From a virus (lineage: Duplodnaviria; Caudoviricetes): a DNA stretch of 28,879 nt. Each line of letters starts with the position of its first letter. The first letter of the stretch is position 1. Positions 27,256-28,879 of this stretch are shown piece by piece. Under the pieces are notes generated by a model that saw nothing but the letters and a program-made list of their open reading frames with translations, was not told the origin of the DNA and did not search any database. The translations under genes and the position numbers were made by a program. The stretch covers positions 1 through 28,879 of the IMG/VR virus record IMGVR_UViG_3300012940_000086; one strand, 5' to 3'.

Positions 27256-27526
27256 CTAATATCTCCTCTCGATTTTCTGGATACACGAATGCAGAGAAAG
27301 ACATGTTGTTCATCACTTCAACATGGTGGTCTTGCAGCGGTTGCTTCTTCGCTGTTGCCGATTCTTTGAATTCTAATGTGAACCAGATGTTTTGGAACAG
27401 AACCAGGCGATCTGGGATCCCATAGTATTGGACTGGATCCAGTTTGAAAATATAACAACCCGGAAGTAGAGCTCGCAGGTCGCTCATGAACGCCCGTTCG
27501 AACTTGGTTTCCGGCTTGATCGCCAT
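27197..27526 (-). CDS. VRR-NUC domain nuclease
   Basis: E..FE, GIPDRLVL, LEFK and PLQ motifs; GAGGAGG RBS. Confidence 0.88.
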   Translation of the reverse strand: MAIKPETKFERAFMSDLRALLPGCYIFKLDPVQYYGIPDRLVLFQNIWFTLEFKESATAKKQPLQDHHVEVMNNMSFSAFVYPENREEILDAICHTFGIGRYPRVSQRK

Positions 27527-27538
27527 CGAACCTCCTCA

Positions 27539-27625
27539 CAAAACGAAAAGAAGCGCAAGAGCTCTCGAATTTGACCCGAGAAACTCTCTACTCCTTCTAT
27601 TATAATCCGTGTTTTGCCCGCGATT
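27539..27625 (-). promoter_or_regulatory. TATAAT -10 box followed by a leader hairpin with U-rich tail
   Basis: Minus-strand TATAAT at 27599-27604; hairpin 27549-27598; UUUCGUUUU follows; no canonical -35. Confidence 0.5.
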
Positions 27626-27650
27626 TTTTCCGAGATGTGTGATAGGTCCG

Positions 27651-27814
27651 TTTTGGATCAAAAAACAGATTCTCTGGCCAAAAATTTTTTGAAAGTACTT
27701 TCTTCGTGAGTAATTTCATTTATGTAATATCTATCACATAAATCATCTCGCGTGGAACTAAATATACCTAAAAATTTTCATTTTTGGCCAGAACTATTGG
27801 GTTTTTGATCAAAA
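27651..27814. repeat. AT-rich nested imperfect palindrome (candidate replication origin)
   Basis: Arms GATCAAAAA (27656/27802), TCTGGCCAAAAAT (27673-27685/27780-27792) and ATTTATGT.ATA (27718-27729/27732-27743) share a centre near 27731. Confidence 0.7.
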
Positions 27815-27822
27815 TTGACTCC

Positions 27823-27890
27823 AAAAATGAAAAATCGGGGTACAAAGTGATAGATTTTGGTCAATCTCACCTTGCACCCCGATTCTCATT
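27823..27890 (-). terminator. Long hairpin/terminator
   Basis: About 24-bp arms whose mismatches become G-U pairs on the minus strand, followed by a U-rich run. Confidence 0.6.
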
Positions 27891-27939
27891 TCTGATAGTT
27901 TCCTGAGAACTTTCTGTGAATTGTCTGAGAGTTTTCTGA
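27885..27939. repeat. Five degenerate 11-bp tandem repeats
   Basis: CTCATTTCTGA, TAGTTTCCTGA, GAACTTTCTGT, GAATTGTCTGA, GAGTTTTCTGA. Confidence 0.7.
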
Positions 27940-28022
27940 ATGAAAAGTCGTCCTTAACAGTCGAACCAGGTCAGATCCATCGACCTCAATCCCACCCGAA
28001 CTCCATTTCATCACCTCAACCA

Positions 28023-28535
28023 TCACAATCTTCGGAATGTATACCCCTTCACACTCTTCGTCACTCCCCTAAAATATCCCCAGATGTTCGTCGCAGACCC
28101 TCCGATCGCCTCCGCACATGCTTGAACGGACTCGAACATCTCCCCTGTCTCGATGATCTGGATCCTTTTCCCCACTCTCCGGTCCAGCATGAGCAGTCCC
28201 GAACTCAATTTCTTCGTCGAAACCGTCTGCCAACCCCCCTCAGAATCCAGATATTCGATCTTCAGGTTATCGAGTCTCGTATTCATCGGGTCGCCATCGT
28301 GGAAGTTCACCCGGCATTGCTCCTTGTTCCCGACGAACAGCGTCCAGAACATCAACCATGCCACCGGTCCGTCGAACGACCATTCCCATACCTCTAAATG
28401 AACACTTGGCCAACCGTCTTCATTCACGTAAAGTTCGAGCAGTTCATCATCAGAATTCTTGATGCGTCCGTAGGAGCTCAGCCAATGGCCTGGATACTTA
28501 CTCAAGTGCGTCCAGAACTCATCTTCTGGGTTCAC
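28023..28535 (-). CDS. NUMOD4-HNH-NUMOD1-type homing endonuclease-like protein, probably catalytically degenerate
   Basis: W......PG..LSSYGRIK (NUMOD4-like), VNFHDGDPMNTRLDNL (HNH remnant), IIETGEMFESVQACAEAIG...KGYTF (NUMOD1-like). Confidence 0.8.
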   Translation of the reverse strand: MNPEDEFWTHLSKYPGHWLSSYGRIKNSDDELLELYVNEDGWPSVHLEVWEWSFDGPVAWLMFWTLFVGNKEQCRVNFHDGDPMNTRLDNLKIEYLDSEGGWQTVSTKKLSSGLLMLDRRVGKRIQIIETGEMFESVQACAEAIGGSATNIWGYFRGVTKSVKGYTFRRL

Positions 28536-28727
28536 TCAGTCATCCTCCTTCGACAACTTAGCTTGACAGCGATCGCACACCTGATTCTTCGGAGCAGACG
28601 ACTCAAGGAATCGGTACGAGATGCGGACATACTCACCACATAATGAAAATCGTGTGCCGGCTAAGCGGATATGAGATGTTCTCCCGTACGTGGTGAATCG
28701 TACCCGAGGAAGAGTATCTTCAGTCAC
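28536..28727 (-). CDS. Small putative zinc-binding protein
   Basis: 63 aa with H...SLCG...VCDRC; GTGA overlap with the upstream gene. Confidence 0.65.
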   Translation of the reverse strand: MTEDTLPRVRFTTYGRTSHIRLAGTRFSLCGEYVRISYRFLESSAPKNQVCDRCQAKLSKEDD

Positions 28728-28879
28728 AGAGGGTGCTCCCGGAATGCACGGTCGACGTTTTCAGCATCCAGAGAACGAGGTACGAGTCTACATTGTTCCA
28801 TTTCGATTCCGGGTGAATGATTCTTCTCATAATCGAGCACAAAACCCCCTAAAGTAATAATACCTTCCTTTGAAGGAAC
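28724..28879 (-). CDS. Hypothetical protein, C-terminal part (truncated)
   Basis: Open frame VPSKEGIITLGG...RAFREHPL* from the window edge; stop overlaps the next GTG. Confidence 0.55.
   Translation of the reverse strand, partial: VPSKEGIITLGGFVLDYEKNHSPGIEMEQCRLVPRSLDAENVDRAFREHPL

Noticed and set aside
27885-27939. Mini-CRISPR array or Cas system near the Cas4-like nuclease
   Set aside because: Repeats are 11 bp with no spacers; the nuclease lacks the four-Cys cluster pattern and no cas genes are present.
27886-28023. 45-aa minus-strand ORF coupled to the HNH-like stop (MVEVMKWSSGG...)
   Set aside because: Runs through out-of-frame 11-bp repeats into a hairpin; coding status unsupported though not excluded.

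Overview
A 28.9-kb, almost entirely minus-strand segment of a lytic-looking siphovirus genome, probably an actinobacteriophage. Gene content and order recall the Arthrobacter AM/AU, Streptomyces BI, Gordonia DJ and Microbacterium EL type, from memory and not a search. The window appears to run across the circularised genome-end (cos) junction near 23,640. In transcription order (right to left) it holds: a degenerate HNH gene, an AT-rich palindromic/iteron-like region, VRR-NUC and PD-(D/E)XK nucleases, a 904-aa protein, the putative cos, small head-fibre-like and membrane genes, a structured RNA, TerS candidate, HNH, endolysin, head-tail adaptor, TerL, portal, protease-capsid fusion, three major-tail paralogues, tape measure and baseplate genes. 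The standout is the 904-aa protein: it carries the motifs of a single-chain two-barrel (YonO/QDE-1-like) RNA polymerase (R-x-P, DFDGD) plus three HTHs. It also begins with the same acidic 'LAH|' leader found on three small basic 'HYGxxGMKWG' proteins, at the scaffold/capsid boundary and near the portal N-terminus. This suggests a His-specific prohead-protease tagging system that loads a virion RNAP and internal proteins into the head. All functional calls are motif-based and were made without database searches.
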